42,684 nucleotides of DNA from Asterionella formosa (Eukaryota), in the NCBI GenBank assembly GCA_002256025.1, contig NKIB01014547.1, positions 1-42,684 on the forward strand, written 5' to 3'. Below the pieces are notes generated by a model. That model did not search any database. It was given only the letters and a program-made list of their open reading frames with translations, and had not been told where the DNA came from. Positions 11,966-24,688 of the stretch are shown piece after piece (position 1 is the stretch's first letter; each line of letters starts with the position of its first letter). Position numbers and translations under genes: made by a program.

Positions 11966-14900
11966 ATGCTCTCCAACTTTTGGGGCTTTGTCGCCCAAGA
12001 CTCGACAACGACGGCAATTAAATCAGACGAAGACACCTTGTCGACGTCGACGACCAACGAGGACGAGACAGCCTTGCGCTTGTTTACCCAATTTCCAACG
12101 TATGGTACCAATGTGTCTCGGGCGGAAATGCTACAGGAGGAGGAAGAAACCACAGATATACCCGCTACCAGTCCGCAGCGAACACCATCGAGGATGGAGC
12201 CGTGGGATAGCAATGAACAGGGACTTTGGAAAGGTGCTGTTGTCACAGCTGGGACGGCTGTAACGCCAATATCATCGCATTTGGAAAGCACCAAGATTCA
12301 AACGATATCGCTACTACCGAGAAGGGACCAGGATTCGAATCCTCTTGATGTCGATGCTGCTGAGACACAGCCTAACAAAACATTTAATGGGACGACCAGT
12401 ATTGTGGCTTCCACAGGATCCAACCGCCCAACATCGTCAACGCTAAAACCAACTGCTGTCTTATCAATTCTGCGCAGAGAGAAACCCTCGTCGACCCTGG
12501 AAAACCGACAGGACTGGATGCCCGACCAATTATGCAAACTATGCCATGGATGTGAAGCACCATTTACGGTCTTCCGACGGCGCCATCACTGTCGCCTCTG
12601 TGGTCAAGTGTTTTGTAGTTCCTGTGCAGCAAATTTTGTGCAAGTTGAAGATTCCACCCTGAGAAGCTGTGCCAGATGCTTTGAGGAGTGGGAACAATCG
12701 CAAATTGGAGACAAGGCCATGCATGGCGGTAGCACAATTCAGCTACAACCCTCGCCAGCGCATGTCGATCACGACATTTTACCCTTGGAACAAACAGTTT
12801 CTGTATCTCGGCAATTGCAGCTTCCCAAAATTGATGCGGAAGAACTCGTCGCTGCACTACAACCAAGTCGTTCTGCCTCTCAACATTTGAATCCTGGTGT
12901 CATAGCGGCCTCGCATCTCGAACAACTCGGACAACAATTGCTCAAAACGGATGCCCCACTATTATGGTCATCTCTCAATCACGATAAACGGCAAGCATGG
13001 ACGTCAAAATTAATGTCACTCGCCACTCAGGCCTGCTCCACAGTGGACCCCGATGTCAAGCGAAATGGGGATTTATTAGACATTCGGCCATACTGCAAAT
13101 TGAAGGTCATTCCTGGTGGATCATTACAGGAATGCGCCTACTTGTCGGGGGTGGTATTTCGTAAGTCTGTGGCTCACAAGCACATGGCTCACATTGTGGA
13201 ACTTCCCCGAATCATGGTGAGTACAATAGGCTCATGGCATGTTTGCACTAATATAGGCTTTTACACTGTATTCATTTTCATTCTAACCAAGTCAGCACTC
13301 TCCTCTACTGGAAATCTGTAGCTGCTGAATGGAGGCATTGAATTTACTCGAAATAATGAACATCGTATTGCTTCCTTCGATACGTTGTTGGAACAAGAAG
13401 ACAAGTATACAGAAATTTTAGTAGGAAAGATTATCAAGGTCCAACCAACTGTACTGTTGGTGGGCAGGAGTGTTTCAAGGAAGGCACAGGAATTGTTGCT
13501 GAAAAATAAGATTGTCTTGTGTCAGCATGTCAAGACCAATCTTATGCAAAGAATTGCAAGGCAAACAGGGGCGACAATTTTATCATCACTGGACCATGTC
13601 GGACTGACCGAAGCGTATTTGGGCAAATGCTATCGTTTTCGACTAGTAACTTTTCGAGACAATGAAGCATGGGGACCCAACAAGAAGAATATACCAATAT
13701 TGCTACAGCAAGACGATTTACCAAATCATGAAAGGCAAGCCGCGTTGGCAGCAGATCAACTAGGAGAATCTGTGGCAGATGGATCGCTTGCGGTAAAGAG
13801 CGGGCTTGCCAAAAGGGGTGTTGCCAATACCTATGTGATGTTGGAGGGATGTCCCAAGCAATTGGGTTGTACCGTGGTGTTGCGGGGAGCGGACAAGGCA
13901 TCTTTAAAACAAGTCAAGAGGGTCTTTCGGTTCTTGATAAATGTTGCATACAACTTGAAATTGGAAACTTCGTATTTAAGAGAGCGGTGCGCAAGGCTAC
14001 CTGCAGGTTTTGAAGTTCATCCAAAGAACTTATTTTCTTCCTCTATATGCGTGGATTATGGAAGTCCGCCGAGTGGACGAAAGGTGCGGCCATGGAACGG
14101 ACAAGACGTACAACAGCGAAGCATTTCTGGACAGACGACCTGTTTGGATCATCAGTCGATTTTGATAACCTCTGTTTGGATGACGGACAAGACGCAATGC
14201 TGTCCTGCCGAAGTTAAAGGAATTTGTTATTATTCATTGCAAGACGTTTCGTTGGGTCAATTTTTGCGAGATTCGTGTTTCAACCTTTCTTTGAAATGCC
14301 AAAACCCCAATTGCAAAAAGTCTGTTTTGGATCACTCGCTTTCATTTATACACAATGACGGGCTGATCAACATTACTGTGGAGCATATGGACAATCCCCT
14401 TCCTCCTGCACCATTGGATAGCAACGATAAGAATTCCGCCATCAAGAAAGGAAAGAGTCTTAATGAAAGTGATGACGAAGGCTTGGAAGAAGACAGTCCT
14501 ATTGCAACCTGGACTTACTGTGTGAGTTGCAACAAGGTAGTCACTCCACTGGTGTACATCAGCGAAGATACGTGGAAATTCTCTTTCGGCAAGTTTCTCG
14601 AAGTTTTTTTCTATAATCGCGATGTGATTTTGAGCTCGTCCGAGCATGGCTGCTCCTGTCAAATGCAAACGAATGCTATTCTTTACTTTGGGTGCGGTCG
14701 ACTAGCAGCGAGGTTTACCTATGAACGTGTGAAACCGTATGGCGTTTTTGTTCGTCGTTGCTTGCCAATCGACGAATCGTTCCATTGCAACGAAGCCATT
14801 CGAGAGTTGGAATTAATCTCTGTTGCGTCGTCCGAGCTTTTTGTTAAATTCGATAAACACATAGAAAAGGTGTCTCGAGAAGCACGTTCCTTGTTTGGGT

Positions 14901-17080
14901 CTGCTGCAAATCGACCGGAACACTTACAAACTGTTTTGTCTGAGCTTAACATGATTGGTTCAGAAGTCGACCATGCGGCCAAGACGTTGCAAGAAAAAAT
15001 TGCGTCTGTCTCTGACAAGTGCCGTGAAAGTGAACACGAAACTGGAGTCGTCAACGAGGCGCTCTTTCGCTTTCCATGGTATTCTCGACGATATTTATTT
15101 ATGCTTACATCGGCTTGGAACGAGAAATTGAGTGCAGCAGGCCAAGCTCTCGCGGCTATGAGAAAACTGGCACGAGTCACAGATGTGGGGGAAGGAACAG
15201 AAGATCTCATCGAAGGCATGCGCCGTCTTCAAAGGCTCAACGAAGTTTATTCCCAATATAATGTAACCGACATCACAACCGTAATGCCGACTTTGCCGGG
15301 AACAGACCGTGCTGAAGTCGACGATGACGACTTTGAAGACTCTGCAATCGATTTTCCAGAGGGAGTGGATGCTGATGTCATGGCCTCCAGGCAGCGAATG
15401 CAGAACGCTTATCCCATTGCCAGGCAATCTGAAAAGCCGAAACCAAAAAAATCACTTGGTACTCCAAGGCCAAACGATTCCTTTGCAGTTGAATCTCTGA
15501 AAAGTGGTCGTTCCTCCCAGGAGGTCATATCTCCCCCAAACGCAGTAAACATGCATATAAAGAATAAAACAGTTACTCCCGGTGGAGCTGTAAAATCTGC
15601 TTTGACAAGATTCTTTAATCGAGGAGGAAAGGAATTGGACCCTTATGTTGTTGATCTCGGAATTTTCAATGAAGGACGTCCTCGCTTGGAGCCGGGCGTT
15701 GGAGGGCTTGTGATTCCTGTTGTCGATGAAATGCCGAGCACAGTGATTGCTTATTCTTTGTCTTCAGCGGAGTACGAAAAAGAGTTCAAGCGATTCTCCA
15801 AGATGGAACCATTAGCTCTAGACGTGAAGTCTTCCAACGCTGATGATACGTACAATAGTGGTGAACCTGCGTCAGTCCAATCTCGGAACCGAATCGATTC
15901 AAAGGCAAATGACCCCTCGAAAAACCCCTCACAGAACTTTCCCCTTTCTCCTTTGGAAGAACGTAAGGGTATTGAACGTCGCATGCTTATGAGGAATAAA
16001 TCACATATCAAGCACACTTTTCGTGACTTTGATGAAAAGGGTCAACAGACGTGTAAATTCATTTGTACCACATATTGGGCAACTCAGTTCCATTCGGTTC
16101 GCCAAGCGTTTCTGACGTCGTCGTCATCGTCGAAGGATCAAGGACCCATGTCATCACCTTCTGTCCAAGATATTGAGAAATGCTACATTCAGAGTTTGTC
16201 GTCGGCTTATTCTTGGAATGCTAGTGGTGGAAAGAGTGGCGCCAGTTTTGCACGAACTGCTGACGATCGATTTGTAATCAAGTGCATTTCGCGAACCGAA
16301 TTGCAAATGTTTTTGGATTGTGCACCTGCCTACTTTGAGTATTTGAGCAAGGCGTTCTTCCATGGCTTGCCAACTGTCCTGTGTAAGATTGTGGGCGTCT
16401 ATCAAATTGGATACCATAACCGCGTGACGGGGAAGCGCACAATGGAACAAGTAGCTGTGATGCAAAACATTTTTTTTGGCAGAAAGATTTCGAAGACGTT
16501 TGATCTCAAGGGATCACTACGCGGACGTTTCGCGCGGCATATGCAGGCCAACCGTGATGGTACCCAGTCAGAGACGGTCCACTCTGAAAGTCTCCATAGT
16601 CGACGACGAAGCTCTGTAGACTCTGACGACGACTCGGTCGAAGAAACGTTTTCTTCGGATGGAATCAAGGACGAAATTTCTGGGTTAAATGCAGGGTTGG
16701 AGGGACTGAGTACCACGCTACTGGATGGAGATTTTTTGGAGTTTACCAATGGCCGGCCTCTGCCTTTAAGTGACCGTGCCAAGGCTGTTTTTCATATGAG
16801 CGTATTGAACGATACCCTCTTTCTGTCCATTATCAATGTTCTAGATTATTCTATTCTTGTTGGAATTGATGAAGAACGAATGGAGCTGGTGGTCGGCATT
16901 ATTGATTTCATGCGCCAGTACGATATATTGAAGCAAATGGAACGTGTTGGAAAGAGTCTTCCAATGGTAGTCGGGAGTGAAGCACCAACTATTATTCAAC
17001 CGCCACTCTACAAAGCTCGCTTTACAAATGCTATGGAGCGATACTTTACGACCGTGCCCAGTAAATGGACTGTGATATAA
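11966..17080 (+). CDS. FAB1: 1-phosphatidylinositol-3-phosphate 5-kinase FAB1/PIKfyve; 2 exons (11966-13216, 13322-17080)
   Basis: FYVE domain (WMPD..RRRHHCRLCG), CCT/TCP1-like domain (KVIPGG..GVVFRK, GCTVVLRG), Cys-rich CCR region, and PIPK domain (GGKSGASF, FDLKGS, LDYS, GIIDFMRQY). Intron 13217-13321 (GTGAGT..TAG) joins the two ORFs in frame. Confidence 0.93.
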
Positions 17081-17697
17081 GTTGGATTTATGCCATGTCG
17101 ATGGTCACATCAGCCAAGCGATTTTATTCTTGCATTCTATGGGGTCTAGTCTAGACTATTATCTAGCCCAGTATTAACTGTTCCCTTTCTTGAGTCAAAG
17201 TATTGGTAGATTAGACCATGATATACATCCCATTCCTACATGAGTATTTCATAACAAATAATTTTTTGACTTGATCAAAGAACCATGAATAAACGTAATT
17301 ACCGGGACTGTACCAATGTCTATATTGTCTATATATGTATAAACGGTTAGGTACCTGGCACTTGTTAGCCGTAGGCAAATAGAGTACCGGTCTGTTTCGT
17401 CTGTCACCGTCTTGCTTTCTTGCTTATTCGCTCCTTTCTTTCGGCTTTGATTTGGTTTCGTCCCCACGATTTGTCTTGCTGGTGTCCGTTTTCCCGCGCT
17501 TTTCATCGTCATCAATCAGCCATAGGATTTTGAGAAACCAAAGACAGAATTTGATATACGCACCGCGACAAACAAATCGACGCGAGAACAGCACTCTGGA
17601 TGAAAGGATAGGTGTTCCTAAACAAATCACTATTCTTGTTATCATCTGAGACTTCAAGATTCGATCTATCCTAAAACTGATACAGCTAGCGTTGGCG

Positions 17698-18783
17698 ATG
17701 TCGACTGGAGCGTTGGACGAAAACACGCGAGTCCTAGAGGCCTTGCAGCGCCTCTCTTCATCTCTTGTCGACCTCAACGACAAAGAATCTGCCCCAACAT
17801 TATCGCACTGGCGAACTCCTACATCTGATGTAGACACAGCATATGATATGATGTCGCAAGGGAGCCACCTGCTGAATGCGACGTCAACTAAGTTTACGCT
17901 GGTCGGCAAGATTGACATGGAAGAAGGCTCGAAACTTTCCAAAGACATTTTGAAGGGATGTGAATTAGTAGCGACTGGTGCACTGATTATATGCAACAAC
18001 GACATGGGCTGTTCTCGATCCACTCGACATTACGCAAAGCAGTCTGCTCGATCTGTCGTGAAAGTATGTGAGCAACTTATTGAATGTTTCGTGTCCGGCG
18101 ATTGGACCAAGGCTGACAATGCTGCAGCAATCAAGACAGGTGCTGTTTGGTCGTCCTGTGAACAGCTTGAAAAAGTACCAAAGGGCAACAGAAACAGCAT
18201 GCGACGAGACTTACTGACATGGGTGATGGAGTGCAACGAGACCATGGGAGAATTTCAAGAATTAATTGACATGGGAGTTGGTGAGGAAGGTGTAGATGAA
18301 TCTACTTGGGATGAATTCATGGATGGTGCGTCGGAGCAATATTCAGCTTTGGAACTGCCGATCGCTCAAGCGTGTCTGGCACTGATCAAGTGTAGTCGAG
18401 GGACGTTGAATGTATGTATTAAGGCTTGTGAGTGTATGGGTGGTAAGATTGGAGCTGATCAAGATGAGGAGTTACTAGCTTTCATCAACGGGCTACATGA
18501 TTCAGCCAGGGCGGTTGGGGAAGGCATGACGGATCTAGGTAGCATGATGTACCCACCATTGGAGTTGCATAATTTTGACCATGAAGGTGAACATCTCACC
18601 AAGCTAGTTATTTCACAATATTCTGCACTCGAGGCAGTACTAACACTGGTTTTGGATACCTGTCATGGTGAGCTCAATGATGAAGTAATGGTTTTGACAA
18701 CCAAATTGAAGATGGCTTCGGAAAATCGATATGGCGAAGCAATGTCTGCAATAAGTCAAAAATTGCAGGTGGACCTAAAATAA
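17698..18783 (+). CDS. GCIP / cyclin-D1-binding protein 1 (CCNDBP1)-family helical protein
   Basis: Intronless helical ORF with TGAVWSSCEQL..VPKGNR, an acidic central stretch, and the late motif TDLGSMMYPP, matching my recollection of the GCIP family. Confidence 0.65.
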   Translation: MSTGALDENTRVLEALQRLSSSLVDLNDKESAPTLSHWRTPTSDVDTAYDMMSQGSHLLNATSTKFTLVGKIDMEEGSKLSKDILKGCELVATGALIICNNDMGCSRSTRHYAKQSARSVVKVCEQLIECFVSGDWTKADNAAAIKTGAVWSSCEQLEKVPKGNRNSMRRDLLTWVMECNETMGEFQELIDMGVGEEGVDESTWDEFMDGASEQYSALELPIAQACLALIKCSRGTLNVCIKACECMGGKIGADQDEELLAFINGLHDSARAVGEGMTDLGSMMYPPLELHNFDHEGEHLTKLVISQYSALEAVLTLVLDTCHGELNDEVMVLTTKLKMASENRYGEAMSAISQKLQVDLK

Positions 18784-20393
18784 GATCGATTTTCTCGGTT
18801 TTTGATGAGGAAAGAGAACCCTGGTAACAATTCCCATTTTTGGATTATATTCCAACGAATGGATTCGAATTTGTGATGCCACTATTGGTTAGGTAAATGT
18901 GAGCTCAGGATGGCCCACAACAATGTATACATTTCCCTGTGGCCCTTGCTTCCCATTAGACGGTGAATTTATATGTAGAAACAAAACTAAATTCTCCGAT
19001 TTCTGAGGAACTGACACCCGAAATGTAATTTCTGAGACACAATGCTGATCCTTTTCATTCCAGAGAACCATTTTGGCTGCTGACAGATGACTATATTAAT
19101 AATGATGTGCACAATGTTTGCTTTGTTTGGACTGGTACCTCCTCTTCCCCTTTAGTTTCCATTTGGCAATTATGTTTAATTGTCCGCAATAAAACCAATT
19201 GAAATAACCACTCTATTCATAATTTAATTACTCTTAGAATAAGTAATTTTTGAATGAATGACTTGCCAATGTTATTCATTCGTTTTCCATGGTTGCATGC
19301 ATATTACATGTTCAGTAAACTCCTCTGTTCAGACCATGCACTCAAGTAATAGCCAACAAACATCCGTTCTTGTGGTTTACTAGTATTAATGAATTTATTA
19401 TCGCCTAATTTTTCAGGACAAGCGCTGCTACGCACTGGAAACAATGCTTTTTGCTTCCTCTATTATTAGTACTAACTATGGTCAACTGTTGCTTATTCCC
19501 TTGGCTGAGGCTGATATGGAGAAATAAATCCATGATCATGGTTTTTCTAATTTACTATGATTCGATATGATTTGTCTAATTCTTAAATGATCGTGCATAC
19601 TGCTTGTTTGATTCATCTGCAACTCTCAAAAGTCAAAAGTATGGAAGTCCTGGTAAACATTCCTTGAGCTTGTTCCCTGATATAATATTTTCGTCATCCC
19701 TGACTTTGTTTATCAGAAATTCCACTTGTTTTGGGGAGCGATATTTTGAAACAAAGGTTGTTAGGAATGGTTGTTGAGAAATACTAATCTGATGCCGCCC
19801 TTGTTATCAGATAGAGCTTTTCAACAGAGTGACATTTCTAATTTCAAATTCTTTATGGCTGGATGCAAATTCCAGAAACCCTAGGTAGCCTTGTGTAGGC
19901 TTGCTATACCAATATATCATATCCCTAAATATTATATATTTCACACCTTGTTTTTTTAGCAAATCGCCCATCACCATGGCGCTAACATGTTGTTGCTTTT
20001 CTGTTGTTGTTTTTGCACTCAGCCCCTTCCTGTCCTGGTTCTAGCATTTTGACTGTCCTGATGAGTAGAAACGTTACTGAGAAGGGGCTGCTGCACATTA
20101 CTAAGGCATGAGATTTGACATTCTTCACAATTGTCATTGCAAATACCTGCTTCCATGACAACAGAAATTGCCAATACCATGAGTCAATTCTAAGTCAATA
20201 TATATCTTGTTTCACATCTTTGGCTACAATTAATCATGTTTTTGTTTTGTGGTCATCATATTTTTTTGTTTTTCAGTTAGAAATTCAAAAATATATCATT
20301 TCCTTTGCAAAAAAATCCTTTGGATTCAGAAACTTACAATTTCGAATATTCAGCAGTTCCACAAGTCGAATCACGGGTACATTGATTAACAAC

Positions 20394-21728
20394 ATGACCC
20401 CGCCGTTTCTCTCATTGATACCGCAGCTTCAATATGCTCAACTACCCGCCTCTCGTTTGTGCGTTTCTCGGTGTAGCATTCGAAAATTACCCTTTAAAAA
20501 TGTTCGAAGGCTAACTTCGCCTGCTCAAAAAAGCTATTCTCCGGAACATACCATGTCATCCCTGCGTGATCTCTCATACAAATATGAGTTCTTGCATACG
20601 GTAAATAACAACGAATCAACCTACGGCTATGACCATCGCCCACATGGGGCTAGGCCAAAAGCCTTTTATGAGTTGTCAAATGTGAACGAAATGATGGAAG
20701 TGGCTGAGAAGGTGCATGCCCAATCGTTGGGACATATCTTGTCAGCGGAATCCCAACATTTTACTCCAATCATGTTTGAAGTAGCAGAGATTTTAAGTCA
20801 CGGATTGCAATTCAAAGAGGGAGACTTGATGAAATTCCTTTACAATGGCACGTACAACCTTCTCGTTGCGTTCACATTTGGGCGATCGGTTTTGACCATT
20901 GAAACTAGTGAACCTGATGTCCAGTCGGATCAATTCAAAGTTGAGAATTGTCTTGCTCAACTGTCAGTCCACTCGGACGAAGTGACGAGAAATTTAGCAG
21001 AAAAGGGTCTTCAAGAAATTGTATTTGCCCGCATCCATGACTTTTTGGAAATGAAAGGCATGCATCACCTTAGTGATTCGGAAAAGGACTCATATCTCAG
21101 TAAAAATGTCGACTCCAAACTGGAGCGGGAGTCTGGCATTTGTTTCGACGAGCTTGCTGAAGAATGCAGTGCAGCAATGTTGGCGTCTATAGACCTTGCA
21201 GCCAGTACCATTGGTTGGACTCTTATTCACCTTGCATTTAATTCCGAGAAACAGGAACGTCTTTTCTCCGAATTGTGTTCACACACAATTTTGGACGACG
21301 GTCATATTACGGAGGCGACCGTGAAATCGTTGCCTTACCTCTCAGCTGTTTTAAATGAGTGCCATAGACTGACTCCTACGGCCCTCGTTGACGAATTCAT
21401 TGACGAGGATGACCCAGACTCTTCCATCCTCCTTGGGACAAACGAAGAATTTAACCCAGAACAATGGCTCGATCCTGCCGTTGAAAATCGAAAAGGAACC
21501 GGAGAAGAAATCATGGACCATCCCCTCATGAAACCTTTTGCACACGGCACAGTTGGGTCCTTCATGGCAGAGCACCAAGTTAAAACTCTGCTCGCTCAAT
21601 TGATTTTTGATTGGAAGGTTTTCGCTCCGCCCAGTCTTACTTGCTATAAAGATGTCGAAACCAAGTCAGTGTCGAATCAAGTACACCCTGTCATGCCGAA
21701 ACTCAAGTTTGTTCGCCGATCATTTTAA
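20394..21728 (+). CDS. Cytochrome P450-fold protein lacking the heme-ligating cysteine
   Basis: I-helix-like MLASIDLAASTIGWTLIHLA, J-helix EKQERLFSEL, K-helix LPYLSAVLNECHR (ExxR), PERF-like EFNPEQW. The heme loop reads PFAHGTVGSF. First in-frame ATG is 20394; the N-terminus is Arg/Ser-rich and could be a mitochondrial presequence. Confidence 0.7.
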   Translation: MTPPFLSLIPQLQYAQLPASRLCVSRCSIRKLPFKNVRRLTSPAQKSYSPEHTMSSLRDLSYKYEFLHTVNNNESTYGYDHRPHGARPKAFYELSNVNEMMEVAEKVHAQSLGHILSAESQHFTPIMFEVAEILSHGLQFKEGDLMKFLYNGTYNLLVAFTFGRSVLTIETSEPDVQSDQFKVENCLAQLSVHSDEVTRNLAEKGLQEIVFARIHDFLEMKGMHHLSDSEKDSYLSKNVDSKLERESGICFDELAEECSAAMLASIDLAASTIGWTLIHLAFNSEKQERLFSELCSHTILDDGHITEATVKSLPYLSAVLNECHRLTPTALVDEFIDEDDPDSSILLGTNEEFNPEQWLDPAVENRKGTGEEIMDHPLMKPFAHGTVGSFMAEHQVKTLLAQLIFDWKVFAPPSLTCYKDVETKSVSNQVHPVMPKLKFVRRSF

Positions 21729-21790
21729 AAGCAAATACTACTCCATCAATCTGCTTATTTTATTAGCCAGCATAAAATCAAAGGAAGTAT

Positions 21791-22828
21791 TTATTCTCGA
21801 TCCTCTTTACGTTCCTGCGAGAATTTGGAAATTCGCTTCTTAGGTTTAGGGAGCGTCTGCATTTGATCAAAATCAGTTCTCTGAAGTGCAGTTCGTTCTT
21901 GAATTATTCCAGAGAAAATGTTAGACTCAAAGGGTTTTGGGCCTTCTTCTGGCGATTTGTCGTGTTTTGTTGCCTTCTTTAGTTGAGCAACAGATCGTTG
22001 GCCAATTCGGGGAATGTCATGAATTTTATCATCTGCGTTGAATGCAACCTTTTTGCTTGAAGATGAATTAGTGGAATCGGAGGCAATATGTTTTACCGGA
22101 GCATTTGTTCTGGATTGTTCTGTAGAGGTGTTCGTCTTTGCCTTCGTTGGCTTTGAATTTAGAAATCCTTTGGACCACCCGGACCCTTGAAGCTTCTTCG
22201 CTGAATTTTGATTCACCTTCATTTTATTCTTCGCTTCATCCTCAAGTCTAGCTAACTCTTCCAAACGATTCGAGAGCTTGTTGAATTCATCGTCGGTTAT
22301 GTTGGGATTGGGTTCATAATCGTCAGTAATATCCAAGCTACTAGAACCAACCTGTTCCGGTTTTCTACGGACGAAATCTATAATTTCATTTTCCTTCTTT
22401 TGAAGATATTCAAGTTCTTGTACGACATTAACAGCTTCTGCTTTGACTTCTTTTCCCTCGCTGTCGATTTCTTCTCGAATCTCAAACAAAGGGAGCACCG
22501 AAGGTGAGGACACCAATGATGACGATGCTGGTTTCTCAGTCGACGACGAAGAGGATTGCTTCCTCAAAGAAACTGATTTGCTGATGTTAAATCTTTTAGC
22601 CAGTAACTGTGACGCCTCCTTTCTATCCAACATTACAAGATGCTCCTGGCTCAGTTTTAGCAAGATTTGCTCCTCTCCAGAGTCAACCTCTGGATCAAGC
22701 TGCCCAGCAAAGAATGCTTTCGTCGTCAACGGAACCATTAGCTTTTTGCCAGACAGAGGTTCCTGGAGCATATCATGAACATAACGAAGTTGCTCTGGGG
22801 TGGCTCTGGCCATCGAGGAGGTTGTCAT
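21791..22828 (-). CDS. URI1: Unconventional prefoldin RPB5 interactor (URI1/Bud27)-like protein
   Basis: Alpha-prefoldin hairpin LMVPLTTKAFFAGQL..ILLKL..EASQLLAKR, the EIREE motif, and C-terminal FSGIIQER and KKRISKFSQER resembling the URI box. Confidence 0.72.
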   Translation of the reverse strand: MTTSSMARATPEQLRYVHDMLQEPLSGKKLMVPLTTKAFFAGQLDPEVDSGEEQILLKLSQEHLVMLDRKEASQLLAKRFNISKSVSLRKQSSSSSTEKPASSSLVSSPSVLPLFEIREEIDSEGKEVKAEAVNVVQELEYLQKKENEIIDFVRRKPEQVGSSSLDITDDYEPNPNITDDEFNKLSNRLEELARLEDEAKNKMKVNQNSAKKLQGSGWSKGFLNSKPTKAKTNTSTEQSRTNAPVKHIASDSTNSSSSKKVAFNADDKIHDIPRIGQRSVAQLKKATKHDKSPEEGPKPFESNIFSGIIQERTALQRTDFDQMQTLPKPKKRISKFSQERKEDRE

Positions 22829-23707
22829 GGTGCCGATCAACGAAGCTGAGGACAAAATGATGGTGTTTTATTTGATGCTTCAATCAAAATATATACCGGT
22901 ACGATCGACCTGTGGTGCTTAACCATCAGTGCGGAGGAACCCGAAAATTATCACAACGAAGAGTGGTGGTGGTTGTACCTGGTACCTGGTACCGAGAATC
23001 TACCCTAGTACCAGGTACTACCAGGACCACTATTCCGTCGGGATTGTTGCAACGCGCTCAGCGACTACCGGTATCCCAGCAAGATCCACGTCCTCGAAAG
23101 AAGTAAAATTTAATTTCTATGCGAGAGGATGGAAACTATGGGCAAGTCGGTTAGATTTCTCCGGGATACAGGTATACCGGTATACCGAATAGGGCTATTG
23201 CATTTTGTTGGCCAGCATACTGACCTTGACCTGAATCTGAATGTGTGTAATATTGGCAATTACTACCAAAGAGTTAGAGCTACATAAAGTATTTTTATAT
23301 CGAAGGCAGGCTATTAGCTGGAGAATTTTCGGAGCTTGCACTTCATGAGGGAAGGAAGTGACCTAAAGTCTGGTTCTTGCAACTATATGGGAGTATCTCA
23401 CTCACAGCAACTTACTCTTGTCCTGCTCTGGTTCCAGCAAACTGCTGTAAATTGGCCGAAATTACGATTTGGATGTAGTAGATCATAGTATTCATGCCTG
23501 CTGATTCAGTACTTAGATAAATACGCTGGCTAGCTCAGACAATGGTTATCATTCATTTGCTAAATGATCGTTTTGAATAAAATTATGATGCTAGAATTTG
23601 ATTTGGCAAGAACTATTTTAAGATGAAACTCATTCCTCCAATCGAAAAAATTGGTTGGCTTTCCCAGAGAGCTATATTCCGTCAGGGTCAGGGGTGCACC
23701 CAGAGCG

Positions 23708-24031
23708 ATCATAGAATATGTTTACCAACCCGCAATGAGTGTACATGATATTCATAGTATGTATTGCTATGCAATGACTGAAAATGTATGGGGATAAATA
23801 TAGTGGTATATCTATTTAGAAAATACATATTTACTTGTTTCATATGTAGTAGTGGTACTATACTGGTGAACTCATATAATATTCTTTATTAATATATATA
23901 TATATATATATATGTTTGATTTTTAATTGTTGATTGTTCTAAATGTATGCATGTATCTTCTTGGAACAAGATGTTTGCTAGTACTGGTTGTAGTGCTATC
24001 ATAGAATATGTTTACCAACCCGCAATGAGTG
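23708..24031 (+). repeat. Perfect 34-bp direct repeat (23708-23741 and 23998-24031) enclosing a (TA)n tract
   Basis: ATCATAGAATATGTTTACCAACCCGCAATGAGTG occurs twice, 290 bp apart; a (TA)n microsatellite lies at about 23893-23913. Confidence 0.9.
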
Positions 24032-24620
24032 AACATATTGCTGCCTGATCAACCGGTTCAGCAATCCATCTTATTGCTTCGGAATTCAAATAGGAATCAT
24101 TCTACGTTTAGAACTTGCTGACTACGGCTATAAACGCTACAGTGTAGTTGTTGTGATCGATTGGAGAATCCTGCATCATGCCATCTCCGCCTTGATCATA
24201 ACAAAAATTTCGAATTTCTCCATGGAAAATGAAAAAAACGCTATGATATGCTATTTGGTAAGTATATCTAGTAACACGACATAGATAATACAATTGTAAA
24301 AAATAATTGTAATGATATCGCTAATATTGGCAACGGAAATTGAAGTCGCTGATGGTGCATTTCTTCACGTAGTTTAGACAATGTACAATTCAAACAACGA
24401 AGTTGCAATGATGGCCAAGATTTAACACCAGCCACTTTCACAGCAATCATCAACAGGCTACGCACACTGCAGTGATCTGTAGGGTGAGCCAAATTTTGTT
24501 TGATTCTCTATTTAACTATATCAATATATAACTTAATTGATATTTTCAAAATGACTCTCTTGTTTACAGATACTGATCCGGTTATTGACTACAAATGACT
24601 AGCAGTAGAAAATTTTTTAA

Positions 24621-24688
24621 TACTACAAATAGAATTTGTTGACTGCGAATAGAATTTCAAACTATGAATAGAATTTTCTGACTACAGC
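24621..24688 (+). repeat. Degenerate ~20-bp tandem repeat (ACTRYRAATAGAATTT core)
   Basis: Units tactacaaatagaatttgtt / gactgcgaatagaatttcaa / actatgaatagaattttctg / actacagc. Confidence 0.7.

Noticed and set aside
17424..18023. 199-aa minus-strand ORF and similar antisense ORFs (581-1096, 5530-6189, 14719-15219, 29401-30084)
   Set aside because: They overlap well-supported genes on the opposite strand or in another frame and show no recognisable motifs.
18800..20300. Long intergenic stretch with broken reading frames as a transposon remnant (likewise 10500-11550)
   Set aside because: No transposase or RT motif or terminal repeats could be recognised; cannot be supported without a search.
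20115..20393. N-terminal extension of the 537-aa ORF
   Set aside because: Starts at TTG in AT-rich sequence with no in-frame ATG before 20394; probably non-coding.
23708..24031. 34-bp repeat as a CRISPR array
   Set aside because: Only two copies with a 256-bp gap, no cas genes, and a eukaryotic context.
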